Below, piece by piece: positions 39,510 to 51,410 of a stretch of 64,000 nucleotides of DNA; positions within the stretch are counted from its first letter, which is position 1; every line of letters begins with the position of its first letter. The stretch comes from Eledone cirrhosa (Eukaryota). The stretch is from the NCBI GenBank assembly GCA_964016885.1, contig OZ024740.1, positions 183,396,001 to 183,460,000 on the forward strand, read 5' to 3'. Under the pieces are notes generated by a model that made no database searches, was not told the origin of the DNA, and worked only from the letters and a program-made list of their open reading frames with translations. Both the position numbers and the translations under genes were made by a program.

Positions 39510-40105
39510 ATCACTGGTTGCCCGAAGCCTACCAATCCAAACAACCTGCATCTCCTCAGTGTCATTGCCCCTGAAGATGTGAGAGGGGAAGCTGCCAGCC
39601 GAGTAGAGATCACAAAGGCTATCAGTGATGAACGCCACCTACTTCGCGGACGTGAACCTCTGGCCCAATGACTGAAATCAAGGAGAAGCTTCCTCAGCCA
39701 TGTCCAGCCCCTAACAACATCTCAGGAAGAAACCAGACTACAGCTATGGACTAGAAAGCTAAAGCATGACTCCCCTCCTATTGACATGGGAATCCCCCCT
39801 TCTGAAGCCCTCCCTCTTGGCTCATAAGCACTATGGGTCCAGTGGAAGACACTCAACCGCCTGAGAACAGGAATGGGGCAATCAAAAGCTGCTATGGCCA
39901 GATGGGGTTACAAGACCGGCCCAACCATCTGCGAATGTGGCGAAGAGGACTATACAATGCAGCAGTGCCTTGTTTGCCCTCTACTACTCAACCAGCGCAG
40001 CTTAAAAGATCTCGCAGAATTTAATAATAATGCAAAGGACTGTGCAAAGAAATAGGAAACTGTCATATAACCACATGCTTCGAAGATACGAAAAGAGGAA
40101 GAAGA
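39510..40105 (+). mobile_element. RTE-X-like LINE 3' fragment
   Basis: ITGCPKPTN..LHLLSVIAP; LKSRRSF; WKTLNRLRTGMG; CECG..TMQQCLVCP Zn-knuckle; GAA-rich tail. Confidence 0.75.
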
Positions 40106-41193
40106 CTACTGGTAATTATATAAAATACGGTATTTCAGATATGTAATAATGGAAATTCTGCATGTAAGAAGCATAATCATACAATGATTCAATTTGTACT
40201 TAAACACCGATACTATTAATTTTCAGTTTATCATTTGCTTTCACTTTAAACAGATGATTGAGAGAACTATCTAACTCCAAATATATTAGGTATCAAATTG
40301 TCAAATCTTAAATATGCTTTCAGAATTTAAAAACAAATATGACGCATAATACTATGAAAAGATAACGAATTGTGATAACTTTTTTAATATATGATGTATA
40401 TTGATTAGTGAATCGGATATAAGATAAAATGTAGTTACGAGAGTAGAAAATGTAGTTACAACTAAAGAAAGTTATCATTTAGAATAAGTGTTTTTAATGA
40501 ATTTCATGAAGATAATTCTTATGCGCAATAATGAAGATTATCTGATAAATTATAAGATTTAGATTTAAGCTGATAATATATAATTTTCAAAAATATGCTA
40601 AATACATTGGTCTAGATGTCAAATTATTATCATATTTTTTTCCTGGAAGAATAAATTAGAATCCACATGATCAAAATATGAAATTAAAGAAATTTGAAAT
40701 TAAAATTTGAAATAACTTATTTCATACAGTTTTCTAATACTATTTTTTCTATTTTTGAAATTATTACTTATTTGATATTGAAATATTGCTTCGAATATGA
40801 AATATTGATATTGAATATAAAGACTGAGTGTAATATGACTATCATCAATCTTTTCAAACGCACAATATTATTTTCCACATGATGTATTCCTGCATATTTT
40901 GTGAAATACTTCTTAAATATTTATTTTATTTTATTTTTATTATTTGTTTTGGCATTGTATAAAAATGAAAGCAGAATAACTTCACAAACTGAAACAGAAT
41001 AAAAAAAAAATTACAAAACATTTTCTAAATATTCTATAAAAAGTAAATGAAAGTTTTCTGCAAATATAAAAATAAAAATAAGATCTGAAATACATTAGTT
41101 ATCAATCCATCCAATTAGAGCTAAATAAAAACAAAATAAAATTAAACAAAACAACAAAAAACAAGAACGATAACAACAGCAACAAGAACTTCT

Positions 41194-41247
<54 letters not shown>

Positions 41248-41945
41248 GTTACTGCTGCTGCTGTTACTGACAGTGTCACCACCACCATAACACCAAATGA
41301 TGTTATTACTTATTTTTACCAGAAGCAGAAATCAAATAAATCAATTTCATAAACAAGTTTGTATTTTTTTCATCTCTCCTCCATATTTACCATGTATTTT
41401 TTTCTATAATTTAAAAACAAAATTTCTTGTTTTCTACAAGTCATCTTTTTCACATATTTTGCTAGGGCGTAAGAAAAACTTAAGACAACTACAATGACAA
41501 CAACAACAAAAATACTAAATAGAGAATGAAAAATCACACTGTACAATCTTTGGAGTTGTTGTCAGTTATTTATACTCACATTGTGTTGCATAATTGTATT
41601 TGCCTGCATATTCCAATAGAAAAAGAAATATGTTTCTGTAAAAACATGAATAAATAATTAAGAAAAATAATAAAAATTATAAAAAAACTTGATAAAAAAA
41701 TGATAGCAGCAAAACGAAACGCACCGAAAAAATCCACAAAACATATATTGTCCACATGAAAATGACAATTCGTTTCAGAATGAAGAAAAAAATTACGTTG
41801 CAAAAGTATTAAGCATTTTTCTCTTCCCAAATAATATTACAGTTTTTCAGTTGACATTCATCTTGGAAATTTTATAATTATATATATATATGGTTAAATA
41901 AGATAACAAGGATGAGTGGTTACTCCTTCATTACATTTATTGGTT

Positions 41946-42030
41946 GGTGACGCGCATTTCGCAACTGATCAGCTCAAGGTTCGATCTGTATCGATCTGAC
42001 CCAACTCTGTAATCCGCAGCTCATCAGACC
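41946..42030 (-). ncRNA. Hammerhead-like motif with a long insertion in stem II
   Basis: Minus strand: ggt-CTGATGA-gctgc..(about 50 nt)..gttgc-GAAA-tgcgcg-TC-acc; lies between (TA)n tracts at 41879 and 42059. Confidence 0.5.
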
Positions 42031-42329
42031 CCTTGTAATGTTAATAGAAAAAAAAAAATATATATATATATGTGTGTCACCAAAACTATGTCATTGGCAA
42101 ATTCAGCATCCGCTATCTTTTTCGCCTTAACTCTCCAGCTCTGAACCGGTGCTAAAGTAAGCCAGAGTCCTGGTGTTTCTCCAGTAAAAGGCGCATACAA
42201 TAGTCCACTATGATGATAAAAAGGTAGGGAGCCTATGTATCTTCCTGGAGCACTCCAACCAGTATCTCAAAGAACTCTGTCATCCCTTAAGGTGTAATGA
42301 CTTGGGCTTTGGTGTTGGTGTAGAGCAGT

Positions 42330-43075
42330 GATATCAGGTCCACTATCTTCATGAAAGAGGCAGAGGATTTGATGCAAGAGGTTGAGACTTTGTCGATGAG
42401 TGTGGGGCTGAGAATGAATGAGACTAAAGAAAATATCTGATAGAGAATGTTGAGAAGCCAGAGGGGATCACTAATGTAGGCAGGAAGCCGCTAGAATTGG
42501 TTGAGGACTTCCTGTATTTGGGAGCAATGATTGTGAATACGGAAGATGATGTGGTTGAAAGGAAGAGCAAGGCCTGGGCGGCGTGTCACAGCTTGAGATC
42601 GGTGTGAAAGTCGGACCTACGTAAAGACCTGAAAATCCGCCTCTTCATTGCTGTAGTGGAATCTGTGCTGTTGTACGGGTCTGAGACTTGGACACTGACC
42701 AAGAAACTCACTCAGATGGTGGATGGGTGCTACACGAGAATGCTGAGGATGGCTCTGAACATTAATCAGTATACACTGAGGATGAAAAACTCAGAGCTGT
42801 ATGGTAGCCTCCCAAAAGTCAGCTGAAAAGTGACACAGAGGAGACTGAGGTTAGCTGGACATGATCACCGACATCCAGAGTTGACATTGCACTCAGTGCT
42901 CCTGTGGGATTCCCTACATGGACACACTGGAAGAGGAAGGCCAAGGTTAACATATGTTGATGCCTAAGGACAGACACTGGTCTTTTGGAGACACAGGACA
43001 TGGCAGCGATAATGAGGGACACAGAGACCGCTGGAGAAAACTCGTCCATGGATCTCGGAATTTTACCTGCCCTAG
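42330..43075 (+). mobile_element. Degraded RTE-clade LINE 3' fragment (third family)
   Basis: VGLRMNETK; VEDFLYLG; KAWAACHSL; VESVLLYGSETWTLTK; DGCYTRMLRMALN; RRLRLAGH; GRGRPRLTYV. Confidence 0.85.
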
Positions 43076-44452
43076 AAATATATATGTGTGTGTGAGTTTG
43101 TGTGTGTGTGTATGTTTGTAATTATATGTATATATATATTATTTGTGACTTCGTACAAACACCAGACTTACAAAATCTACCACAACCTCAGATCTTCTCA
43201 AGATCCCGGAAGGTAAGACTATTTCCCAACATTTATTGCACATGCCCAGACCAGCATGTACACCCCGAAATGCTCTCAATACATATGTACACACAAACAT
43301 GACTCTACCTAAAACCCACCAACAGATTTCACTATGTCACACACAAACCCAGCACCCAGATAGACACCCAGCACTTGCACATGCATAAGCACCTATACAT
43401 ATGGGCGATGTATACACTCACACCATTACATGACACCATAAGAATATATGTATTTTTTCCTGAACACAACAGTCTTGTTTATACAATCAAACCAAAGCCA
43501 CACTTCCAATATTTAAGCTATATTAGCTTACTCTCAAATGGGCTGGCACCATAACATCAATCAAATTGCTCTACAAAAACAACTTCACTCATCCAGGCAC
43601 TCCATTATTAAAGCAACAATAACTAATCATGTGTGGGCAGCCCCCCCCCCCCCCCCCCCCCAATTAGCACACAGAGGCATTCACGACAAATGTAGGCTTA
43701 ATAAATTGCATAGCAAACAAATACAAAATATCAATATAACTTCTTTCTTTCACAATGAATACAAAATGTCTACATTACCTCACTCTTTCACAAACATCAG
43801 TCCACACATGCACTCTTGTGGGCACGGATAAAGCCACACACATATAAGTGCCACATTCATACATATACTACAACAACAATTCAACACACATGCTAAATAA
43901 CTCCCTAGCACTAGAAATCTTCTGAATTAAAATATTAAAATATATACATATGTTAAATAGAAGGTAAAAATAATCTTGAGCACAACAACCTCCAACAAAT
44001 ATAACAGTCATAATTATAACAAAAAAACACACACTCAAAGCCAGAACAACAACAATCATAATACCGACAAGTCAATCAGTGATATTTGAGAAAAGTAAAA
44101 AATAGGTTGTTTGTTTTTGTTGACAGACATATAAAACATGTACTTCTGATTTTTAGTCTGGGAGTGTTGGTGTAATTTTAATATATATATATATTTTTTT
44201 CTTTTGTGGCATCAATGATGGTTTCACATCAGCAATTAAGCTGGCTAAATTGACCTCTCAGATTGCAGAGATTGTGAACGTCATGCATACATACACAAAC
44301 ACCAAAATATCAAGAAGATAGCAAAATTTCTCTTCATTTCCCCGTGACAATTCTTCAACTCAGCTAAATTCTTACCTCACTACTATAATATCAGTTTTTC
44401 ACACTCATTCCTACATAAGTAAAAAAACATACAAACGTACACACATGTGCAG

Positions 44453-44528
<76 letters not shown>

Positions 44529-44800
44529 CCACTCCTGGAAAATATATGTAAAAAATTATAAGACTTATAAGAAATATAATCAATCTATTCTAAGACTTTT
44601 CGTTAACAACCTATAAAGAACTTTTACCTTTATATAGAGAGCTTATCATTTGACCGACAAGTCAATCACCTAAACCATGTCCCAGATGAGATGGCTAGTC
44701 CACTGCAAGTAATTTTGGCAACAGTCTGGAATTAGCTGTCAAAATGGCAAGAGCTTAGCTGTCAGGCACTATTTACAATATGAAATCTTGCATATATATA

Positions 44801-45210
44801 TATATTGTTATACTTTGGGAGGGTCATGCTGCCAATAAAAACACATGCACCTGTTGGTTTCACTTCAATCTATTATAAGTTTGAGGCTGGTTGGTTCAAT
44901 AACTGGAAGGTTGTTTGTATATTGTCAAAGCTCTTTTGTCACGCATTTTGTGACTTCCTCAGTGACTAGGGTTTTACAAACAACCATTTAGTGACAAGTA
45001 AATGTGTTTATTTACTTATCACTAGTTGGTTGTTTGTAAAACCATAGTCATTGAGGTCACAGAATGTGTGACAAAAGAGCTTTGACAATATATAAATAAC
45101 CTTCCCATTATCGAACCAATCAGCCAGAAACTTACAATAAATTTAAGTGAAAACCAACAGGTGAGTGTGTTTTTGTTGGCATCATGACCCTCCCAAAGTA
45201 TAACAATATA
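44801..45210. repeat. Foldback element of about 410 bp with degenerate hammerhead motifs
   Basis: Arms of about 200 bp pair around a loop near 45003-45010; minus strand 44924-44966 reads gtca-CTGAGGA-a-gtcac..gtgac-AAAA-gagctt-tgac. Confidence 0.8.
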
Positions 45211-45287
45211 TGTTTCAACACAAGTTTTCAGAAAAGAAATCGCACAAAACAAATTCAACAACGAATATATATATATATATATATATA

Positions 45288-48200
45288 TCATCATCATCAT
45301 CATCATCATCATCAGGTTTAGCGTCCGTGTTCCACGCTTGCATGGGTTTGGACGGGGGTTTTCCCACTTGAGGCAAGAGTGGTTGTCTTGCTCGCATAGG
45401 ACTGTCTGGCGGGTTTTCTACAGCTGGATGCCCTTCCTAACACCAACCACATTTACAGTGTGGGGCTGGGAGGTTTTTACCGTGTTGCCTACATGGCCAC
45501 ATTACAGCGTGGACTGTCTGGCGGGTTTTCTACAGCTGGATGCCCTTCCTAACACCAACCACATTTACAGTGTGGGGCTGGGAGGTTTTTACCGTGTTGC
45601 CTTAACGGCCACATTTACAGCGTGGACTGTGTGTTTTTTTTGTCGTGACACCTACACGATCTCATTTGTTTCGGCCTGGATGTTGTGGGACCAACATAAC
45701 TTTACATTGAAAGGGGCGGTGTGGATGGGGTGGAGGTGGTGGGACGGGGGTGTGTTTTGATAGAGATGCCTACTGACTGTAGTAGGTTTTTACTTTGTAT
45801 TCAGGTAAGGCGGGTCTTCTCTATTACTGAGTACCGCCAAAGGTCTCGGTCGAGTGACATTGTCTTGGAGAGGTGTAAGCGTGTGAGGTCGGAATTTATC
45901 AGCTCGTCCCATGTTTTTCTGGGTCTGCCTACTCTGTGGCTACCGTCTATCTTTATTGCCCTGAACTTTGTTATACAGCTGTCGTCTTTCATGCGCATCA
46001 CGTGAGCGTACCAACGTAGCCTTCTCTCGAGTAAACAACATCTGATCCCTCTTATTTCTAATTTTTTCCTTAGTTCGTTTATGCTTTGCCGTTCACGTAT
46101 ATTACTATTGCACATCCAGCGGAGCATGGAAGCTTCGTTCCTCTCTAGTCTGCGTATATCCTCTGCACACAATGCCCAGGTCTCACTGCCATGCAGCATT
46201 GCTGTTCGTATGCAGGCATCGTATAACCTGCCTTTCATTTTTAGGGAGAACCCTCTAGCGGCTAATAGTGGTATAAGCTCTCTGAACTTTTTCCATCCAG
46301 TTCTGACTCTAGCTACTGTACTTTCAGAGCACCCTCCCCCACTGCTGATTTTGTCACCCAGGTAACGGAAGCTGTCCACTATTTCTATAGAACCCTCTGC
46401 GCAGTTGAAGGAGCTAGTATTTTGTGGGCACTTGCTGCTACTTATTGCACCAGAGCACCGGCCACATGTAAAATCTATGTTCTTAGTTAGCTTACCTGTG
46501 ATCCCACTACATCTTTTATGCACCCATACTTTGCATTTGGGATATAAAATGTAGTTTCTACCTACGCCTTTCCTACACACTGAGCATGGCCATTTCCCAG
46601 ATGGGACCGCCACCTTATTTTCTTTCCTACAAACTAGAACTTTAGTCTTAGCCAGGTTAATTTTAAGGCCTTTTGATTCTAGGCCGTGCTTCCATGTTTG
46701 GAATTTCTCTAGTTCGGTCATTGATTCAGCTATGAGCGTTAGATCATCTGCGTATAGGAGTTCCCATGGGCAGCCGGTCTTGAACTCATCTGTTATAGCC
46801 TGAAGGGCAATAATAAATAGTAGGGGGCTAAGAACAGAGCCCTGATGAACACCAACTTTTACGCTAAACTCTTCACTATATTCGTTGTTAATTCTAACCT
46901 TACTGACTGTTTCTTTATACATGGCTTGTATAGCTCTCACAAGCCATTCGTCAACACCTAGTTTTCTAAGAGACCACCAGATAATGGAACGGGGGACTCT
47001 GTCGAAGGCTTTCTCCAAGTCGACGAAAGCTAAGTATAGGGGTTTACTTTTAGCTAGGTACTTCTCCTGTAGTTGTCGTACAATGAAAAGAGCGTCTGTG
47101 GTACTTTTACCTGACACAAACCCGAACTGCATTTCATCTAGGTCAATTCTCTCTCTGATTAGTTGCGCTATTACTTTTTCCGTGACCTTCATGACCTGGT
47201 CGATTAATTTAATGTCTCTATAGTTACTCCTATCTAGGGCATCTCCTTTTCCCTTATAGCAGTTAACGATGATGCTGCTACGCCAGTCCTTCGGAACAAC
47301 CCCATTCTGTACGACTTGGTTAACTATCCGGGTGACCATGGTGTGTCCGACCGAACCAGATGCCTTCAGCATCTCAGCAACTATTTCCGAAGGACCAGCC
47401 ACCTTACCCGTCTTCATATATTTGATTGCCTTGCTCATTGTACTACCCTGGACTAACACTGCTGGTCCCTCTATTGGGTCGATGTGGGGGAGACTGTCTT
47501 TCTCCCATTTGTTCTCCTCATTTAGAAGCCTTTCGTAGTGACACTTCCAAGCTGCCTTCTTATCAGCGTCGGTGATGGCAAGTATGCTATCATCGTTAAG
47601 TACACACTTCTCCCCAACAATATCACGGTTTTCCTTGACACATTGCCTGGCAATCCTGAACACCTCACGTTTTTGGTCCTCACGTTGTAGAACATGCTTG
47701 AACTTTCTTTCCTCTGCTTCCCTTCTTGCGAAGTACACTTGTCTCCTAGCTTCCCTCCTGGCCACTTGATAGTCTTCTCTACTTCCCCCATCCCGCCATA
47801 CTTTCCAAGCCTGCTTTTTGGCCTTAATTGACTCCTCCACCTTACTCTTCCACCACCATGTTACTCTCCTCCTACCTACAGGCCTGCTCCAGCCACAGAC
47901 TTCATCTGCCGCCGTCAGCAGGTTTGCTCTCCGGAATTCCCACTGTTCCTCTATATTATACGACTCTAATTGCTCTTCCTTACTGTCGAAAGCGTCAAGT
48001 AATATGCTTTGAAATTTATTTCTGGCTATGGGGTCCTTTAGCTTCCATATTTTTCTCCTGAGGATAGTCCTCTTCCGCTGTCTAGTACGTCTCGTCCTGA
48101 CTATGAGGTCGCTAATTATCAGTCTATGTTGGGAGGTGAATTCTTCATGGGGGAGGGATTTAGTGTTAACAACAGACACTCTGTCACGTCTTCTGGTAAG

Positions 48201-48375
48201 GATATAATCTACCTGGCTTGTGTGTTCCCCCGATCTATAGGTGATCAAGTGATTGTCTCGTTTTTTGAAGTTAGTGTTACAGATAGTTAAGTTATTTGCG
48301 TCGCAGAATTCCAGGATTCTGGAGCCTTCCTCATTTCTAGTACCGAACCCATAGTTTCCATGGATTCCGTCATAG

Positions 48376-48378
<3 letters not shown>
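45288..48378 (-). mobile_element. Young 5'-truncated RTE-clade LINE flanked by (TA)n on both sides
   Basis: Long open ORF, 3' UTR with internal duplication, (GAT)n tail at 45288-45314; (TA)n at 45265-45288 and 48379-48407. Confidence 0.95.
45801..48248 (-). CDS. RTE polyprotein, partial (APE C-terminus, reverse transcriptase, PHD-like finger), 815 aa open
   Basis: SQVDYIL..SQHRL; QFGFVSGKST; AFVDLEKAFDRV; GVHQGSVLSPLLF; LLYADDL; FRYLG; HGSETW. Confidence 0.9.
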   Translation of the reverse strand: MITYRSGEHTSQVDYILTRRRDRVSVVNTKSLPHEEFTSQHRLIISDLIVRTRRTRQRKRTILRRKIWKLKDPIARNKFQSILLDAFDSKEEQLESYNIEEQWEFRRANLLTAADEVCGWSRPVGRRRVTWWWKSKVEESIKAKKQAWKVWRDGGSREDYQVARREARRQVYFARREAEERKFKHVLQREDQKREVFRIARQCVKENRDIVGEKCVLNDDSILAITDADKKAAWKCHYERLLNEENKWEKDSLPHIDPIEGPAVLVQGSTMSKAIKYMKTGKVAGPSEIVAEMLKASGSVGHTMVTRIVNQVVQNGVVPKDWRSSIIVNCYKGKGDALDRSNYRDIKLIDQVMKVTEKVIAQLIRERIDLDEMQFGFVSGKSTTDALFIVRQLQEKYLAKSKPLYLAFVDLEKAFDRVPRSIIWWSLRKLGVDEWLVRAIQAMYKETVSKVRINNEYSEEFSVKVGVHQGSVLSPLLFIIALQAITDEFKTGCPWELLYADDLTLIAESMTELEKFQTWKHGLESKGLKINLAKTKVLVCRKENKVAVPSGKWPCSVCRKGVGRNYILYPKCKVWVHKRCSGITGKLTKNIDFTCGRCSGAISSSKCPQNTSSFNCAEGSIEIVDSFRYLGDKISSGGGCSESTVARVRTGWKKFRELIPLLAARGFSLKMKGRLYDACIRTAMLHGSETWALCAEDIRRLERNEASMLRWMCNSNIRERQSINELRKKLEIRGIRCCLLERRLRWYAHVMRMKDDSCITKFRAIKIDGSHRVGRPRKTWDELINSDLTRLHLSKTMSLDRDLWRYSVIEKTRLT

Positions 48379-48410
<32 letters not shown>

Positions 48411-48691
48411 GAATACTTTTAATAAATCAAGATCGATGGAAAATTTTGAAACAATATTTGATGACATAGACCTTGAAAAAGAGCCAAAATCAAAATCATC
48501 TAGTGAATTTCTTAAGAATCTCTCTTACAACTAAATACAATTAACGTGATAAGGAATTGAGAAAAGTTAAGAGTATCAATTACTAAATTATAAGCATTAT
48601 ACCAATAAAGAAGTGTCTATGCAGTCACTGAACCTACCTTAAATAACAAGCAGGCTCTCCTAAAATTACACCCTACCTGACAATGTCATAT

Positions 48692-48905
48692 CCATCATCA
48701 TCATCATCATCATTATTTTACGTCCGTTTTTCTCTGCTTGCAAGGGTGGGTCGTGTCTTATTAAGCATGGCATTTCTCCATCTATCATGGTCCTTTGTCA
48801 TCTCCTCTGTGAGCTTCAACAATCTGAGGTCTGTTCTTACCATCTCCACCCATGTTTTGCATGGTCTTCCTCGACTGCGTCTTTTTCTACTAGGTTTTCT
48901 TGGCA
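48692..48905 (-). mobile_element. Short RTE 3' tip
   Basis: RGRPCKTWVEMVRTDL..DRWR..TRPT followed by a (GAT)n tail. Confidence 0.8.
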
Positions 48906-49704
48906 CTTAGAATATCAGAAGCAACATCGAAATTAACCATATTGATAACAACCCCCCTGCAAACCCCACTTCATTCTATGAAATAAAGCCACCCATTTTA
49001 AATGATTAATATTTAAATTAAAACATCCTAAAATTATTTGACAGAAGAACCTTTTAAATTATGTTAAAAATACTATCTTAATTGAAACAATTGTTTGAAC
49101 CTTTTAAAAGGGAACAATTTATTTTACAAAGCTGTTTATACAAAAACAAAACACACTATTAAAGGGGACTAAAAATAAAACAAAAAATAAATGAAAAGAA
49201 TAAAACGAAGTTTCGATACATCCCTTCAAATTTATCATTAATTATTTTTGGTTCTATTTTAATATAAAAAGTAAACAATAGGGTTAAATTGATTAATAAT
49301 CTCATGTTTCGAGCAGATATTGTTTTTTTTCTTGGTGGAATAATAAACCCTGTTGAAATAAAAAATCAATATTCACCTTTCTCTCTATATATTTTAAACA
49401 CTTTAGCTCAGGGTTTCCCGACCTGGGTGATGTCGCCCAGCGATTTTAACTGTTGGGTGGGTGATGAGCAACTGAACAAAATATTTAATTTTTTTCATTA
49501 CTTGCAATGCTAACCTTAACCATAAAACTTATTTTGACAATAAAACTAAACTACCGAATATACTTGAATATAAACCAATCTAAATATAAGTCAACCTTCT
49601 ATTCAATGCCTGAGAAATAGGCAAAAATCAAAACACCATTTATAAGCTGAGACAGGTAAACAACACATTATGTTTAGATGGTGCAATTTTGAAATTCTCA
49701 CGAG

Positions 49705-50183
49705 TCATCATCATTTTCCTTCCATTCTTCCATGCTAGCATGGGTTAGATGAGTTGTCCTGTTGTGGGCAATGCCAGGTCAGGTGACCATGTCTTGCTCA
49801 TGCAAAATTGATTTTGACTTGATTTCTACAGCTAGATGCCCTTCCTAACACCAACCTGATTTATAGTGAGTACCGGATGCTTTTTACTATGGCGTCTACA
49901 CAACTACATTACAGTGTGGATTGGGTGCTTTTTTGTCGAGACACCTACACGACCACTTTACAGTGGGAGGGGGTGGGGGCATACTGTCTTTATGCTTCAG
50001 CTCCAGCTTGTATCCATGCGAAGTCAGGTCTTCTGTATTACTACATAATGCCAGAGGTCTCAACCTGTGCCATTGCCTTTGAGAGGTGCAATTGGACAAG
50101 CTTTTATCACCTCATCCCAGGTCTTCTTGTGTCCCTCCACTCCAAATCTTCCATTGACTTTTAGTGCTCTGCACCTTTTATGT
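49705..50183 (-). mobile_element. Degraded RTE 3' UTR/ORF end
   Basis: Colinear with 29255-29735. Confidence 0.85.
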
Positions 50184-51204
50184 ATGAGAGCCCCACCAAA
50201 AATAAACCTGAAGTGCCCTGGGCCCCATAAGGTCTAAATCCAACCCTGAATATATACAGTATATCATATATAATTAAATTTTATAAAATACAGTTTTAAA
50301 TAGTCAAGTTTGCTTTCATTTGTTATTTAATATAGCAGCAGCAGCCACTGCATAAGTCAGTGTTATTTGTTACCTCTCTTTGGTAGGTTTTACTACATCA
50401 CAAGACGTCATTTTACAAACCAGTAATAACATTTTACTAAATATTTTTGGTATGCTTGTGAGTATTTATTATACAGGTCGACAGGAGAAAATTTTCCATG
50501 TGAAAGTGGGTGATAGTGCAATAAAGATTCGGAACGCCTACTTTACCTTAATATACAAAGTAACCTTTTTATATATGGGTAACAGATTTTTCATATAATG
50601 CATCATTGGCTTTCACAGTATGTGGTCATTGAAAGCTGCTTAGTGAAGGCCTCAAGTTTGAAGAAACCTTTCTCATACAAGTCTCAGAGGGCATGAATTA
50701 CTCTTCATCACCTTACAAAGCAAGAAAAGGGATGGAATCTTTCTTTCTTTTAATACTTGATAAAGTTTTCTTAACATGAAGAAAACAATATAAAAATATT
50801 ATAAATATATATTTTTTTTAAGATCAGCTTTTGAAACTCATCTTGAAAGTTATATAATTGAAGTTAGTAATTAATTTGTAAATCACACACTTTCTCCACC
50901 CATTTACTAATTACAGTTCAAAATTTTATTCATATCAATCAACTAATGAAACTCTTAAAACAACTAAAGCAGAAAAATCCAACAACAACAAAAAATCCAG
51001 AAAAATAAACAAAATGCCACCAACAAAGAATGGTATGTATTTTCATGTATAGTTCCTTAGAAGAAAGCCGCCTAGTATTTATTGAGTAATTAATGCCTAA
51101 TTCATATTACTTTTCACATCACAATTTTTTCCTAATTAAAACTAGAGAAAAATATATATCTGAACAACAAATTAACTTTGATCTTTATAAACAACATGAA
51201 TATT

Positions 51205-51282
51205 TAAATACATATATGTATATATGCATATATATGTAGGCACACATATACATATATGTGTATATATATGTATGTATATATA

Positions 51283-51317
<35 letters not shown>

Positions 51318-51334
51318 ATACATATATATATGTG

Positions 51335-51403
<69 letters not shown>
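51205..51403. repeat. (TA)n-rich microsatellite
   Basis: Direct sequence inspection. Confidence 0.95.

Positions 51404-51410
<7 letters not shown>

Noticed and set aside
49408-50248. hAT-like ends (cagggtttcccgacc ... aatccaaccctg) as one element
   Set aside because: Ends match for only about 7 bp and no 8-bp target-site duplication is seen
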